NCBI GenBank assembly: GCA_047495785.1
Contig: JBLDXI010000031.1
Location: 124,001 to 188,000 of the forward strand
Direction: 5' to 3'
Source: Lepidodermella squamata
Taxonomy: Eukaryota; Animalia; Gastrotricha
DNA length: 64,000 nucleotides
In this document: positions 12,226 to 24,848 of the stretch, piece by piece
How the letters are laid out: each line of letters begins with the position of its first letter
Numbering within the stretch: position 1 is the stretch's first letter
The notes under the pieces: model-generated
Told to the model about the DNA's origin: nothing
Database searches by the model: none
Seen by the model: only the letters and a program-made list of their open reading frames with translations
Translations under genes and position numbers: made by a program

Positions 12226-12762
12226 AAGGTTTGGAAGTAGCCAAAATGACGAAATGAAATTGTATTAACGTTCTTCATAGTTTTATAATGATGGAAAAAA
12301 GGTTCACCAACATTTTTACCCTTGTGGGTTTAGGGGGCGGCGAAGAGCGATCAGCTCGAGTCCGACGGCTCGGTCGCGTACAGCCTGCTTTTCCCCCAAA
12401 ATTCATCATTATCAATTGTTAGACAGAGAAGCTGTTGTTCTTCCCGATCTCTGGCTGTAATTTCTGCCAACTCTGAATCCGCTAATTTAATCAGAATGAA
12501 GACTGTGATTGGTTGGTTCAAAAAGCACGTGACACGTATCGCCGTTTCAATTTTTTTCTCTGATAGCACCGAGCTGGGATTATACTGGTGTGGATTCCAT
12601 GGTTCACACTGTGTCCATTGGTTATTGCGCATAAGGTAAAGCGTCTGATTAAGGATCAGAATATTCCTGGTACGCCTCTTGGCAGCTTCGAAATTTTTTC
12701 AATCCATAACAGTGTAAGGAAATACGAAATTTAGCGGAAATTGACTACTCATCTGCCATCAA

Positions 12763-12796
12763 GCCGAGATAGCTCCTTTGGGAGAGCGTTATAGAC
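12763..12796 (+). pseudogene. tRNA-Phe-like 5' half fragment
   Basis: gccgagatagctcctttgggagagcgttatagac resembles the 5' half of eukaryotic tRNA-Phe. No anticodon or T arm follows. Confidence 0.45.
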
Positions 12797-12895
12797 AAAA
12801 TGTTCCTGGTTCCGGGTCTCTGCGTGTAACTTTTTGCGTCGTCTCCGGCCTATACTTAATGGAATACCCGCAGCTCACGATGACTTTACAACGCA

Positions 12896-12960
12896 GGCTC
12901 GTTGGTCTAGGATATGATTCTCGTTTCGGGTGCGAGGGGTCTCGGGTTCAATTCCCGAAC
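12896..12960 (+). pseudogene. tRNA-Pro(CGG) pseudogene, 3'-truncated
   Basis: ggctcgttggtctaggatatgattctcgtttcgggtgcgaggggtctcgggttcaattcccgaac closely follows eukaryotic tRNA-Pro. The 3' acceptor strand is replaced by the adjacent inverted repeat. Confidence 0.75.
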
Positions 12961-13689
12961 CTCACTTGCGCAACTTTTTTAGTTTAATTTTTAATTATTA
13001 TTAGTTTTAACCGTTTTTCTCCGGATCGGTAGCAACTATACATTATAGAAAATATAATATGATTATAGCGAAACGTCTGAGGCATCGATTTATTACTATT
13101 TTTCAGAGTCGGTCATTATGATTAACGATACCATTGCAAAAAAACCAGATAAGCATGTTATTATCATCAAGCAAAAGCGCACTAGCATCCTCAATATCTT
13201 CCTACTTCTTTTTGTAATCAGAAATCAAGGTTGATAAACTGTCCAAACTAATGAAGAAGTCATCAGCTGATTTGTCGCTTGACTCGAATTCGCCTACTAC
13301 CTCCTAGATGCTGGATTCTACAACCTCGTATTTGGGCTAAATGCGCTTCACCTTCATCCCTCATCCCCCTTTCGATCCCCTTTCGTTGGGGCAGGAAGCA
13401 TGAGCTATTGTTGATGCATATAGTGTTAAATTGATAATGTTAAATAACATGTTTAATAAAATTATTTCAAATTGGGATCGATTGGGACGCGTGCGAGTTT
13501 TAACCGCTGAGGGCGCGCTATAGTTGTTCCACCTGTCACTAAAACCCAAAAATTTGAGATCAACGGATGCCTCAGACGTTTTGCTATAATAATATTATAT
13601 TTCTTATAATGTAGTTGCTACTGATCCGGAGAAAAACGGTTAAAACCAATAATAATTAAAAATTAAACTAAAAAAGTTGCGCAAGTGAG
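12961..13689. mobile_element. Non-autonomous element with about 125-bp inverted repeats
   Basis: 12961-13087 is the imperfect reverse complement of 13567-13689. Followed by tandem agttgcgcaag units up to 13738. Confidence 0.75.
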
Positions 13690-14344
13690 TTTGCGCTGGT
13701 TGCGCAAGTGCCAGTTGCGCAAGTGCTAGTTGCGCAAGGGAGGGGCAACCATTTTTTTGTATTAAAAACTTATAAAAACCTAAACGCGTGTCTCCTAAAC
13801 GGCACGTGTCGTAGTAAAATTATTGCTCAATGAGATATCTCTATCGGCAATTGGAAGAATTGCTCATTGCGATACGACATACGGTATTCGATATAATTGG
13901 AGAGCATTGAGGACCGACGGTAAAAAGCGATATGAACACAAAACGAAGTTTATCAGCTAGCGAAATCCGATGGAAGCTCGGAAAGCCGAATTTATTAACG
14001 TTAGCCCAGCTTTGGATCCATGGTTGGAATTTCTGGGATTGAATATCCTTGGCGTCATTGAAACTTTCGGATGTAAACTTCTCAATGTCAATTATTATGC
14101 TTAGACTCATTGTTCACACAAGAAACGCGAATTGACATTTTCCAATCACTTGCCGCCAGAGAAAATGATTTAACATTATTGTCTATGCTTGCCGCCTATC
14201 ACATTAGAACCTTAAATCTAAATTGTTTAGATGTACGCCAATTGTTTACGCAAATGAAAAGTATCTTTTCTCGAAATGCCTTATCAAACATTTCTCAACT
14301 TTCACTGCATTGATATCTGCATTGCGAAGTCATACATTTCAGTA

Positions 14345-15888
14345 TCAGCCGGATTTGGGTTCTTCTTGAACACCTCTGTCAATATCAGCCGGTTTCGATG
14401 CTCTCCCGTTTCGCAGTCTTCTCATTCTGAACCACCTGGCCAGGTCGTAAGATTTCGGAGATCCAATTAGCTGGGCCAATTCCCTCTTTCGATCTGCAGT
14501 CGGATATGCGTTGAGTGAAAACTCCTAGAAAGCAAATGCGTTTCAATAAAATCTATGAAATCTTCAAAATTTTACATTCTCAAGGATTTCGCTCTGTTCT
14601 GGAGTCAACCTAAGCATTTTCGGTCGGGTTGATGGGCAAGTAAGATAACGATGATAACCGAACCAGGAACGGATCTTTGCTTCTGTTAAACCAGTAACAT
14701 CGATCAGTCTTCTAACTTCTGCAAGTTTCAGTGACTTATTATTGCGAGCAAGTGACGACTTCAATGCTTCACGTTGTGTGGGTGTTATCTTCACAAGCTT
14801 TTTCGTCTTTCCAAGTCGATAGCGATGTCCGTTGAACCATCGCTGAACTTTCTGCTTGTCCTCACAACCGATTTCGCAGGCAAGCCTCTCAAATTCATCA
14901 TTCGTCGGCCGGCCATTTCGATTGAAGGCCTCCGTCAGCAGTTCGAATTGTCGCCCTGTGAAACTTCCACATTGCTTAACTTTGCGTGTAAACCACGATT
15001 CGACCCGTTCAGGGGTACACTTCACTGCTTCGGAAATTTGTATAAGACGGTTTGCGTGAAGTCGACTTTGTTTTGCTCGCTCCTTCAGGAGTATTTCCAG
15101 CTGCCATGTCTCAAAACATCGATTGCTACATGAAGCATCAAATTTGGATGCATTCAGTTGCTTTATCTGTAATAAAAAAATGAAAGGTGGGAATGGATCG
15201 ATATATGAATGTTCAGAAAATTTCGTAACACTTACCTTTTCTGCGGCAACGTGATAGCCTTCTCTTAGTTTAATACCCTCGGCGTCACGTTTTCGTTTAA
15301 ACCAACTAACAATGAATGACCTTGGACAGCCGATCGATTCAGCAAGCTGCGACTTCCGCTCAAAACTCGGGGAGATATTCATCTCGAACTCCTGGGAATC
15401 GAGCATGAAAATCAATATCACATTCAGTGAAATAGTACCTTATTAAGGAGTGCGATATGCTCCAAGGAGTATTTGAACCGAAATTTTTCCGGAGGCACAT
15501 CTGGTGGTCTATCTTTTCTACGGTGATAGCGCATCCACCATTGAACTCGTGATATTGGGATTCCAACTTCTTGCGATAATCGATTAATCTCATCAGGTTT
15601 GGGACGGGCATTTCTCAGGTAAGAGTCATGCAAAATTTTGTATTGCGCTGTGGAAAGGATTTGCTGTGGCTTTAATTTGACTTCAGCAGCATCAGCTTTA
15701 CTGCGGTCTTGCATCCAAGTTAGCACGCGGCTTGGCTTCTCGCCGTTTCTCTTCGCGGCTATTTCAGCGACTGACCTTATCGAAAGCCTTTTCCGTGAGC
15801 CTTCACACCTAGACTTCTGCCATTTCTCCAAGTATTCGCACAGGATCTCGACCTGATAAGGTTGGAAACCCCTTCGAATCCTCTTCAT
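14345..15888 (-). CDS. Seven-homeodomain protein, copy 2 (exons 15888-15439, 15391-15236, 15166-14576, 14524-14345)
   Basis: Seven homeodomain-like repeats, ending LARWFRMRRLRN...PKSG*. Introns of 47, 69 and 51 bp, all GT-AG and phase-consistent. Confidence 0.88.
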
Positions 15889-17116
15889 TGAGGAAATATG
15901 ATGAAACCTATTTAAAAAAAATTTCATTGAACCAACTGGGAGCGCGAAGGAGAATGAAGGGCTTTTTGCCAGTCTCACAAGTGGTAGCATAAGATTTCCA
16001 GCTCCATTTGTTAAACAAGAAGTTTCCATGCTGGGTAAAATTATTTAGGACAGAACGACGAGACGCAGAGGTTTTTTCGCGCTGTTGCGTTAAATATTGC
16101 GAATGAGACACTCATAGTTTTACAGTAGCTAATCCTAATAGCCTCCTGTAGGGGCGCAAAAAATCTTTGTCCCCGGATGTATTGTTACGTAACAGCAATT
16201 TTACAAAGTGGTCGGACGGAACGACGCGCAGGAATTCATAATTTTGAAAAAATATTTTTCGACTTCAAATTCTCTGAATCTTCTGGGCGAAACAGCATGA
16301 TCATATTTTTACATAGTCTACCAATGAGTAAATAATGAAAAAATGCATTTGGTATGACATGGTACCTTATCGTATGGTTACGCCGCATCCCATTTCAATG
16401 TAAGGTCATCAGGACGGAACGACAGGACGGAACAACGCTCTGATTATCTCAGCAACGCTGAGGAATTTCAAAAAATAAATTAGATATTCTGAATAAGCGT
16501 GAAAAGTTAGGGCGGTGGAAATTTGCGCATGATTTGTGCGTGATTTGCGCGTGATTTGGGCATTATCTGCGCATATGGCTCTCACCCGTGTTGAGCGCGA
16601 AGTCAACTGCTAAAGTTAGAATTTTCCCTGCATTATATTCCTAATAATATAAGCATAGACTATTGAACATCAGAAAAACCTATGTTGGTTAGAGATGCAT
16701 TTTTGAGGATGCGACTGAACGCTAGGTCAATACAATATGTACCTCGGCGGGATTTGTACATTGGAGCTTAAATTTATGCCAGGCTTTGCACCGCAGCTCA
16801 ATGGAAACAGGCTTGGAGTGCGCGATGGACGTGCAAAGACTGTGCGCACGAAACACAGGGAGACAGTTTTTTAGTTGCAACAGGTGAGTTCATGAGCTTT
16901 TTATGTTATGTTAAGCTAGCTTTGTATTCCTCGAACACTCAATAAAATCTGAGGTGGAACGTAAGACAATGATGACTTAAAGCAGCTAACATCCTACTTT
17001 ATTCTACAATCTACAATCTACAATCATGATGATCAGTGATTATACTTATCATAATCCTGGAATAGTTATGGATGAGCGGTGGAAATATTGGTCAATAGTT
17101 GTAAAATCCAATGCTT

Positions 17117-17954
17117 TTAAAGCGTAAGACAGTAGCCAAAACTACGAGACCAGCCGCTGGCGAGACAAGTTGCAGACTTCTCACCAATCCAAACGCCCCG
17201 GGAACAGCCGACGACAAACAGCGTCTCGCCGATGCGAGCTCCCATGGTCATGTCGGAAATCTTGCGGCCACCAACTGTGGTCACAGTGCCATAGCCAGAT
17301 CCAGTAAATGTCAACGTGCAGTCTGATCCGCCAGCTGGGCAACCGGCCTCGTCCGAACCATCAAAGCAATCTTCCTCGCCGTCGCATTGAAATGTACCTG
17401 TTCCATTATAAATATCGATAAAATGCTAGTTTGTGAAAATAATTCAATGATACCTGGGAGGCACGTTCCAGTGGTACGACATCTAAAAGCAGTGGCAGCG
17501 CAGGTGGGGCAAGAAAGTTCGTCAGCGCGGTCTCCGCAGTCGTTGTAACCATTGCAACGGAAACTGAAAAATCACCACCTTCAGTTATAGCATTCAGTCT
17601 TTCAAACATCATATTACGCGTAAGGGATACATCTGCCGTTACCACAACTGTAGGAATTCCCTTTGCAGTACTGTATAAAGAAACGATTGTAGAGAGAAGC
17701 TTCTTTTATGATGAATCCTACCGAGCAGCCGCGTTCGTCTGAATAGTCGCCACAATCGTTATCGCCATCGCAGACGTACCTTGATAGAACATTCAGGTTA
17801 TCATGACAAAACATATGGGTGATGTAGCTTACGTGGAGTTGATGCACACTGAATTCGTACATGTCGTCTGGCCTCGCAAGCATTCAAGTGCCGTGGCCTG
17901 GTAGATTGAAACCATAACCAACAGGGCACAGCCGAAAATCAAACCGTTGAACAT
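17117..17954 (-). CDS. Secreted protein: 3 LDLa repeats plus a C-terminal CCP/sushi-like domain (5 exons), copy 1
   Basis: Signal peptide MFNGLIFGCALLVMVS. LDLa motifs [39 protein letters not shown]. Tail [24 protein letters not shown] box (ctataaaag) near 18040. Confidence 0.85.
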
Positions 17955-20588
17955 TTTTTGAAATTTGAAGGTAAACTTGAGATTTTAGATGAAGCTTGCC
18001 GATGGAATGGTGAGAATGTGGCTTTTGGGGTTGCTTTTATAGCCAACGGAGTGGGTACTAGACGTGTTTCTCGACATTTGGCAAGCTGTATCGAAGGATG
18101 TAATATGGGTCAGCATTGACTCATAGCTGACTAAACAGCCCACCATTACATTATGATGCGACTAAATATCGACGTCGACAATGAAGCAACTGCAATTAAC
18201 TTCCACTTCTTTTGTTGTCTAGCTTAATGATAGGGGTTTCCTGCAAGCCATTAAACTGCACTCACAACTACTCTCATAAAACTACGCCTTTTTGACGTTA
18301 TAATGACGACGACAATGCACACACGAAAAGCTCATAATGATGCATGGTGATTATTCATTTTCGTCACACATCGTTATGCTGATTTTATGCAAAAAAAACC
18401 TCGAGAATTAGAACGTTGGCTATTAAAATCGATCGTCGTTCTAACAGCCTAGATCAGTGGTGCGCAAACTCGGTTTTTCCGGCCGCTTGCGGCCTGTCGA
18501 AGCATTTTTGGCGGCCGGCTGGCCTGTCGGCTTAGTAATATTACGTGCGGCCGGTCGAAGCTTGTGGAGTCGGTGATTTGGTATTATAGGGGAACAGAAG
18601 GCACCCAGATCCAAAATGTTGTTGAGTAATCGATAGGTCTAGCCACCTTAATTTAACGGGGTAATTTCTTGTAATTTTTCATGGTCAAATAATGGCTGAT
18701 CGATGGACTATCTTGCTAATTGTTTGTTCCTCCTCGAATGAGATGCCACGAGTTTTTCCACTTAGACTTAGACGCTTTCGAGTTGATAAAACGGAGAGAT
18801 TTCATAAACCTTGGACCTGTTTTCCATCTGGAACATCCATTAAAAATTGCGTTTTTAAACCTTTTTACCTTTGCCTTTTGACTTCATCTCGATCTGAACT
18901 ATGGCTTAAAATTTTCGGAACTAAGGATTGTAACGTGGTATGCGATTTTTTGATTAAGATGAATCTGGAATTTGAGACTGGTACCAAGACAGGGGATCAA
19001 TGATTTAACCTGAGAAGGCTGGGTTGCATTTGTGGCTTTTGTTTAGTCTCATAAAATGTTCTGCATCATCCACCGTGGAAAATAGGAAATGAGTATTAAT
19101 TTTGAATTTTTTTGTCGAAATCTTGGTTTAGAGAAAAATTTTACAACGAAAATCAGTTGATTTGGCCGATGACATAAAAAATTATTCCGGCAGTGCGGCC
19201 GGTTTAAGACGCCGAGAGTGTTGCGGAGAGTGTTAGGGACATTTCCGGCCGCCGAAATTGCTTAAATGGACCTAGAAGGCCAGAAGACAGTTACAGTGAA
19301 AACACGCTAGCTTTTTTGAAACTCATAAAACGCGCAGGTAAGGAACAAGTTATAAGGGAAAATGGGCTTGATTTCGAAATTTGAAAAACCCATTAAAATA
19401 ACTGAAAATGACGTTGGGAACAATTCGGATTGCTCATTGGGATACCTCAATCGGCTATTGGGAGAAATTGCCTTATACGATACGACTAATACATAACATT
19501 ATCATATTCTTCATTATTTTGTAGATTCTGGTCAGCCCCTAGATTTGTGTTGAACTCAATTTTTCGCGGCTTTTTCCGAGCAAAATCCAGGGTTGTACCT
19601 GTCCGGATGAGCGGAAGTGAACGAGAAGCTGTGCATCCTGAGCTATTCGACTACGTCACCGTTGTAATGGCTTGCTGCAATCATTGAGCTGGAAATATAG
19701 AATTGTCTTCAAAAATATAGGTCGAGTAGCTTGGCCAATTCGATATTTTACGGTATAACATTCGTAAATCGTTTATATCTGAACTCGCCGCACTCGATTT
19801 ACTCTTCTCAACTCGCCTCCGGCTCGTTTCGATTCGTAAATCTCGGTCGGCTCCGTTCAGAAATGAACTCTTTACTCATGTCATACCATACAAATATAAC
19901 ATTGTTACTATTCATGGCGTTTTAAAATTAGCGCCGGAAAATTGAGAAGTTTTGTATACGGTACTTGACCAGGTAGCCATGTTTCCATATTGAATGCTTT
20001 AAGCGCGTGCATCAATACATGCCCCCTTTTAAATTCCTTCTCTTTTGTCTCCGATTCTCGAGGGAAATGTCGCGCGAAATACCTGTGCACTGTGCACTAA
20101 GTTTTATCAGGTTGAATGTACAATTTCAAGATTTCACATAAGCGCTTGCACCTTATTGCAAAGCTTTTGACTTCATGTAGTATATTCTTGGCTAAACATT
20201 TTACCTCATTGCCCCTCACTTGGAAATTGAAAAATCAAATCGATAGGCACTTAGGATACAATTCTGATTAGGTTCATTTGCTTTAATCATCAAAAAAGTG
20301 AAGCGCAGCAGGTTGGTGATGTTCAAGAAATTGACTAGTCATGTGATATTTCTAATCATTGTAATCACTATAATAGGATGCGCAACTAACCTTTCAAACT
20401 TAAATGGGGATCACCAACTTGTAAAATGTTCGCAAACTGACTAGAATATTCATCAATTAGCTAATGCGGCTCAATTTTCAATCCACCACAGCGATCAAAA
20501 CTTGTCTTTATTTCTCCGGCTGCTAAGGTCAAAGACAATTTTGAAACTAAGTTGAAGAGAGACTAAAAATTTTCGACATCCACCTGTC

Positions 20589-22940
20589 ATGATGGTCAAA
20601 CATACTTTAATCTCCATTCTTGCATTCTGCATGGCAACGACACCTGTTGTTTGCAGGAATCAGACAATCAGATTGCTATTCTTGAGCCCCAAGTTCGGAT
20701 TCGACCCTGCTCAAGTTCGCGCGCTGCAAGTTGCAATCGATTACGTTGTAACTCGTGTTAACGCCGGCTCGAAAATTCTGCCAAATTATCGCATCGAAGT
20801 CGAAGATCGCGAGGAGCAACTTGGGAGTCTAGCTGTCCCCAATATCATCGACCATCGTCGAAATGCTGAGAACCAAGTTCCTATAATAGCCGGGCCTTTC
20901 GGCTCTGCGGGCTGCAAGGCCATGGGACGTGTGTTGAACTACATCGACTCAATTGCAATCTCGACGTTTTGCGGGGCGCCGATTTTGACTGATCGCATCA
21001 CGTATCCTAATCTGTTTCTATCGATTGCAACATCGAAAACTGGAGTCATCGCAGTTTTGGACTTCATGCGAAATGTTGGGAAATGGAAGCAGTTCGGGAT
21101 TCTATCGACCTCGACTGGAGTTATCGACACAGCTACGGCATTCTTCTTCCAACAGAAAGCAACATCGGTCGGATTCGAAGTTCCTTACTTCAATTTGATA
21201 ACAGAAATCACCCCAGAGGTTGCTCAATCAGTTAGAGCTTCAAAACAGCGCATTATCGTTATTTCCATCTCCGGCCCAGCGATTGTCACGAAATTTCTCT
21301 GCGAGGCTTACAAAGTTGGCTTGACTGGGCCTCGTTACGTTTACTTCACCTTCTACTCTTCTTTCACTCTCACTACATCGCCAGATTGCCCGAGGGAGGT
21401 TTTGTATGAGCAGTATAAGCAAATGTTCTTCTTCGGGGTCGCCACAAAGCCGGATAACTACAGCCGAATCACAGATTTAGGAGACACGCCAGCTCAGTAT
21501 GATGCCTATCTTCAAAGAGTGACAAACTCTACTTCAGATACAACGTTCTTCTCTTACGTTCAGCGAGACACCTTATTGATGGCGCTTTTAGCTCTGCATG
21601 ACGCTGACATGAGGCTAAAACGGGATTTTAATCTATCTCTGCTTAATTATCGCGAAAATTCTAGCTTAGTCGCACGGGTAGCGAGGCAATCTTTGATATC
21701 GACCAAATTAGTCGGAGTGCGAGTTGATGAAACTTCGTACAGTAAGGACGGCGCGTTAGTCGGGGACATTCACTCCTTCTCGCAATGGAGCCCTGCATTA
21801 GGGCTGAAAGAACGAATCATCGTTAGACAACAACAAGTCACCGATGATGAGTTCGACTTCCCAAATTATCGGCATGATCACGTTTCTTCGATATTTTGGA
21901 TTCGCAACTCACCGCCTAGAGACATCCCAGCTTTGGTAATTGAAAAACTACACCTGAAACTATCCGCTTCAATAACGCTATGGGTTTTCATTGGTTTGGT
22001 ATCGATTTTCCAAATAATCGGTATTTTCTGGCTGATCAAGCGTCAAAAAGCCATGTTCCGATTTTGTAAACTAGTTGGTCTATGCGGCTGTTTGATTGTT
22101 AATTCAGCCTCAGCTATCCTTGTCGTTGATAAGTTTGAAGGGGGATCTGCTGTTTCAGATGCTTTTTACGTGTTGCTTTCGATTGGATTGACGATATCTA
22201 TCAGCGTATCGGCTTTCAGAGTTCTCGTGATAAAACGGCATGCGAGTGAATCAATTCGAAAAGCTGACTCGGCCTTTCTAGAATCCATGATGGCTAATTC
22301 GAGAGCGTCTTCTCGCCGCCAGAGTCGGCTGAGTGGGCTCAGTACTCGCGTTGTCGTGAAAATGGAGCCGGGCTTTCGAAAAGTTTTAGATAGAAAGATA
22401 TCGATCGCGTCAGCCGTTGCAACCGCCTCCATCGGTCTCATTGTCATTGGCTGGTTGGTTTCGCGAGACACAATTTGCTTGGAGCTTATTAATTCAGAGC
22501 CGGTTTATGATGAAGATTCTGATACTATCACTGAAACATACGTTGTAAGATGTTTGAATAGCGAAAGGTCGTCATTGATAGGATGGATCCTCCTGGGGAT
22601 AATCGCTGCTTTTCTTGAAATTTCCCTGCTCATTGGTTTGTTAGCGTGCTATCAAATTCAGCAGATGAAGGCGTTGGCCAATTCATACGGCGAGTTCATG
22701 TTGAGCTGTTTATCTGTGATCGCAAGCGCAACACTGCTGCCAGCTGGGATTTTGATCGGGGTGCTGCTCGGCAACAGCATCCACGCACAGCAAATCGCTA
22801 TTTCCGTAATGTGTTTGGTCATGTCGATCGTTCTATCCGTAATTTGGATTTACCCTTCTGTAACTTTGCGCCGCGCTACAGCTCAGCCAGCTCACGGCAG
22901 CTCGGCAGCATCAGGAATGGCAGCTGGTTCAAGGATATGA
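20589..22940 (+). CDS. Class C GPCR, GABA-B-like (Venus flytrap domain + 7TM, no Cys-rich domain), intronless, 783 aa
   Basis: Signal peptide. VFT motifs ILPNYRIE, IIAGPFGSAGC, LTDRITYPNLF, KWKQFGIL, FLCEAYKVGLTGPRYVY. Seven hydrophobic segments and a short C-tail. Confidence 0.88.
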   Translation: MMVKHTLISILAFCMATTPVVCRNQTIRLLFLSPKFGFDPAQVRALQVAIDYVVTRVNAGSKILPNYRIEVEDREEQLGSLAVPNIIDHRRNAENQVPIIAGPFGSAGCKAMGRVLNYIDSIAISTFCGAPILTDRITYPNLFLSIATSKTGVIAVLDFMRNVGKWKQFGILSTSTGVIDTATAFFFQQKATSVGFEVPYFNLITEITPEVAQSVRASKQRIIVISISGPAIVTKFLCEAYKVGLTGPRYVYFTFYSSFTLTTSPDCPREVLYEQYKQMFFFGVATKPDNYSRITDLGDTPAQYDAYLQRVTNSTSDTTFFSYVQRDTLLMALLALHDADMRLKRDFNLSLLNYRENSSLVARVARQSLISTKLVGVRVDETSYSKDGALVGDIHSFSQWSPALGLKERIIVRQQQVTDDEFDFPNYRHDHVSSIFWIRNSPPRDIPALVIEKLHLKLSASITLWVFIGLVSIFQIIGIFWLIKRQKAMFRFCKLVGLCGCLIVNSASAILVVDKFEGGSAVSDAFYVLLSIGLTISISVSAFRVLVIKRHASESIRKADSAFLESMMANSRASSRRQSRLSGLSTRVVVKMEPGFRKVLDRKISIASAVATASIGLIVIGWLVSRDTICLELINSEPVYDEDSDTITETYVVRCLNSERSSLIGWILLGIIAAFLEISLLIGLLACYQIQQMKALANSYGEFMLSCLSVIASATLLPAGILIGVLLGNSIHAQQIAISVMCLVMSIVLSVIWIYPSVTLRRATAQPAHGSSAASGMAAGSRI

Positions 22941-23467
22941 GAATTGATGCCCAGCTTTCGATGCACAACTAAAATCAACGCTGACGCAGCATAAAAACCA
23001 AACAATGAACGTTTTCTTAATATGTACTTGTTTTAAAAAATCCCAGTTTTTGTAAGATTCCTGGAAAGGAGAGAACGAAGGTTCTTTCTTGAAACTACAG
23101 AAAATCCTATGTACCATGCCAATATCATCATTGAGAGCAAACTCTCATTGATTCTAGTTCACTACCAATCTAATGCGATCAATAAATGAAATATACATAC
23201 TTAGCCAATAAAATGTTCCTGCTCAACTTGCCAAAATTGGAATATGAGAATTATTGCGAAAGGAACATGACGGAAACTGAAAATAGCCTCAAAATAGCTA
23301 GGGGGAGCAGTAGAGAGCGAAGCACAATCAGACGATCATGAGATCCGATGCATCCGATGCAATACGATGTGAAACCGGAACAAATTTGCATCGAACAGAG
23401 TAGTTCAGTAGAGTAGCTTTATGCGTGATCATTACTGAAAACCTCGTTTAATAGCGCTGATTTCGCA

Positions 23468-24798
23468 ATGATGTCACTGAAAGTTGCGCTACTCTTCATC
23501 TCATTCTTCAACTACGTCATAGTGGCAATAGAGGTCGAGGAACTTCAAAATGTGACCTATAAACGCTTGATAGCACCACTTGAGTTCAAAAGCCAACAAC
23601 TGGCGCCAAGTGATGCGTTTTGCAAACAGCTATCCGATAGATGCCCTTACCTAAGGAGCCAGACCGCTCGGCCCGTCTCCGACGACAACAACGACAAAGT
23701 CAATTTAGCGCTATCGTTCGATCCACTAAGCTTTCTAGACCTCAGCGACATCGATCAGCGATTTTCGATCCAGGGAGAATTGGCTATCACTTGGATGTTA
23801 CCACCATGCGCAAGGTGGGCGAGCGATTTGGTGCCTAGGCCTCAAAATCCCGATCAGACAACGAACAAATCAATTTTCTGCGAATTACCTAGTCAAAATA
23901 TCTGGCATCCTAACCTCATGCATGCGAATAAAGTCGGATTTGACGACCCATTCAAATTGTAAGATGCATTTCAGGATTTTTCTCATTTCTTACTTATCCG
24001 TCCTCTCGCTTCAGAAAGAGGACAACATTCGTCGCGGCAACAGGGAAAGCTTATTGGGGCATCAGCAGTCGTTTCGATTCGTCTTGCGACCTGTCCTTCT
24101 CGAAGTAAGATCTTGCAGAATTCTGAGGTTCCGTATACATACACCTGATTTCAAGGTTTCCGTTCGATTCTCAAACTTGTGCGATAGAAATTACAGGGGC
24201 AAGCGCCCCTGATAAATTGATTCTCAACCTGAACGCTGCCCGATTTATCAGTTACACTCAAGAGATTGAAATGCTAAAAGGGGACAGATCTTTCCAGACA
24301 TCCGATACCTGGCGACTTCGGCATCGTTACATTGAAATCTCCCCTACAAATTCTTCAATCAAGTTCGTTTTTGTGATTCAGCGAAAGGCTTTTTGCTACG
24401 TCTCAACAATTTTTCTACCAATGGTATTCCTCATTGTTCTGCAGCTGAGTGTTTTCATAATGCCACCCGAGGTGCCTGATCGGCCTGCTTTTTCAATGAC
24501 AACTTTCCTATCATCGTCGGTTCTTCTCAATGTGTTGAACAATGACATACCGAAAACTCCTGAAATCATGCTGCTAACTGCGAACTTCGGCGGGCAGGTT
24601 GCTATCGGCGTCATTATTACGATTTATACCCTGCTAATGTGTCGCATGGCAAATACGCACCGGAAATTGTTCATTAAAACCAGAGTAAACTTCCGCAACA
24701 TGCGATTCATCGACGTCATCGACATGTTCGCTGTACTTTTAGCCCTCGTTGCTTACATCACGCTTAACTTCATTATTTTCCGTATGATGACAACCTGA
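23468..24798 (+). CDS. Divergent Cys-loop ligand-gated ion channel subunit (3 exons), the most diverged cluster member
   Basis: Signal peptide; IWHPNL; spliced Cys-loop CDLSFSK|FPFDSQTC (C-x13-C); four TM helices; M2 PDRPAFSMTTFLSSSVLL. Confidence 0.88.
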
Positions 24799-24848
24799 GA
24801 TCAAAACTAAACCTCAAAAAATCTCCAATTTATTTGCGGAAAAAATTA

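Noticed and set aside
18455-19280. hAT-like start cagtggtgcgcaaact with cggccg-rich repeats
   Set aside because: No matching right terminus or TSD found, so boundaries cannot be supported.
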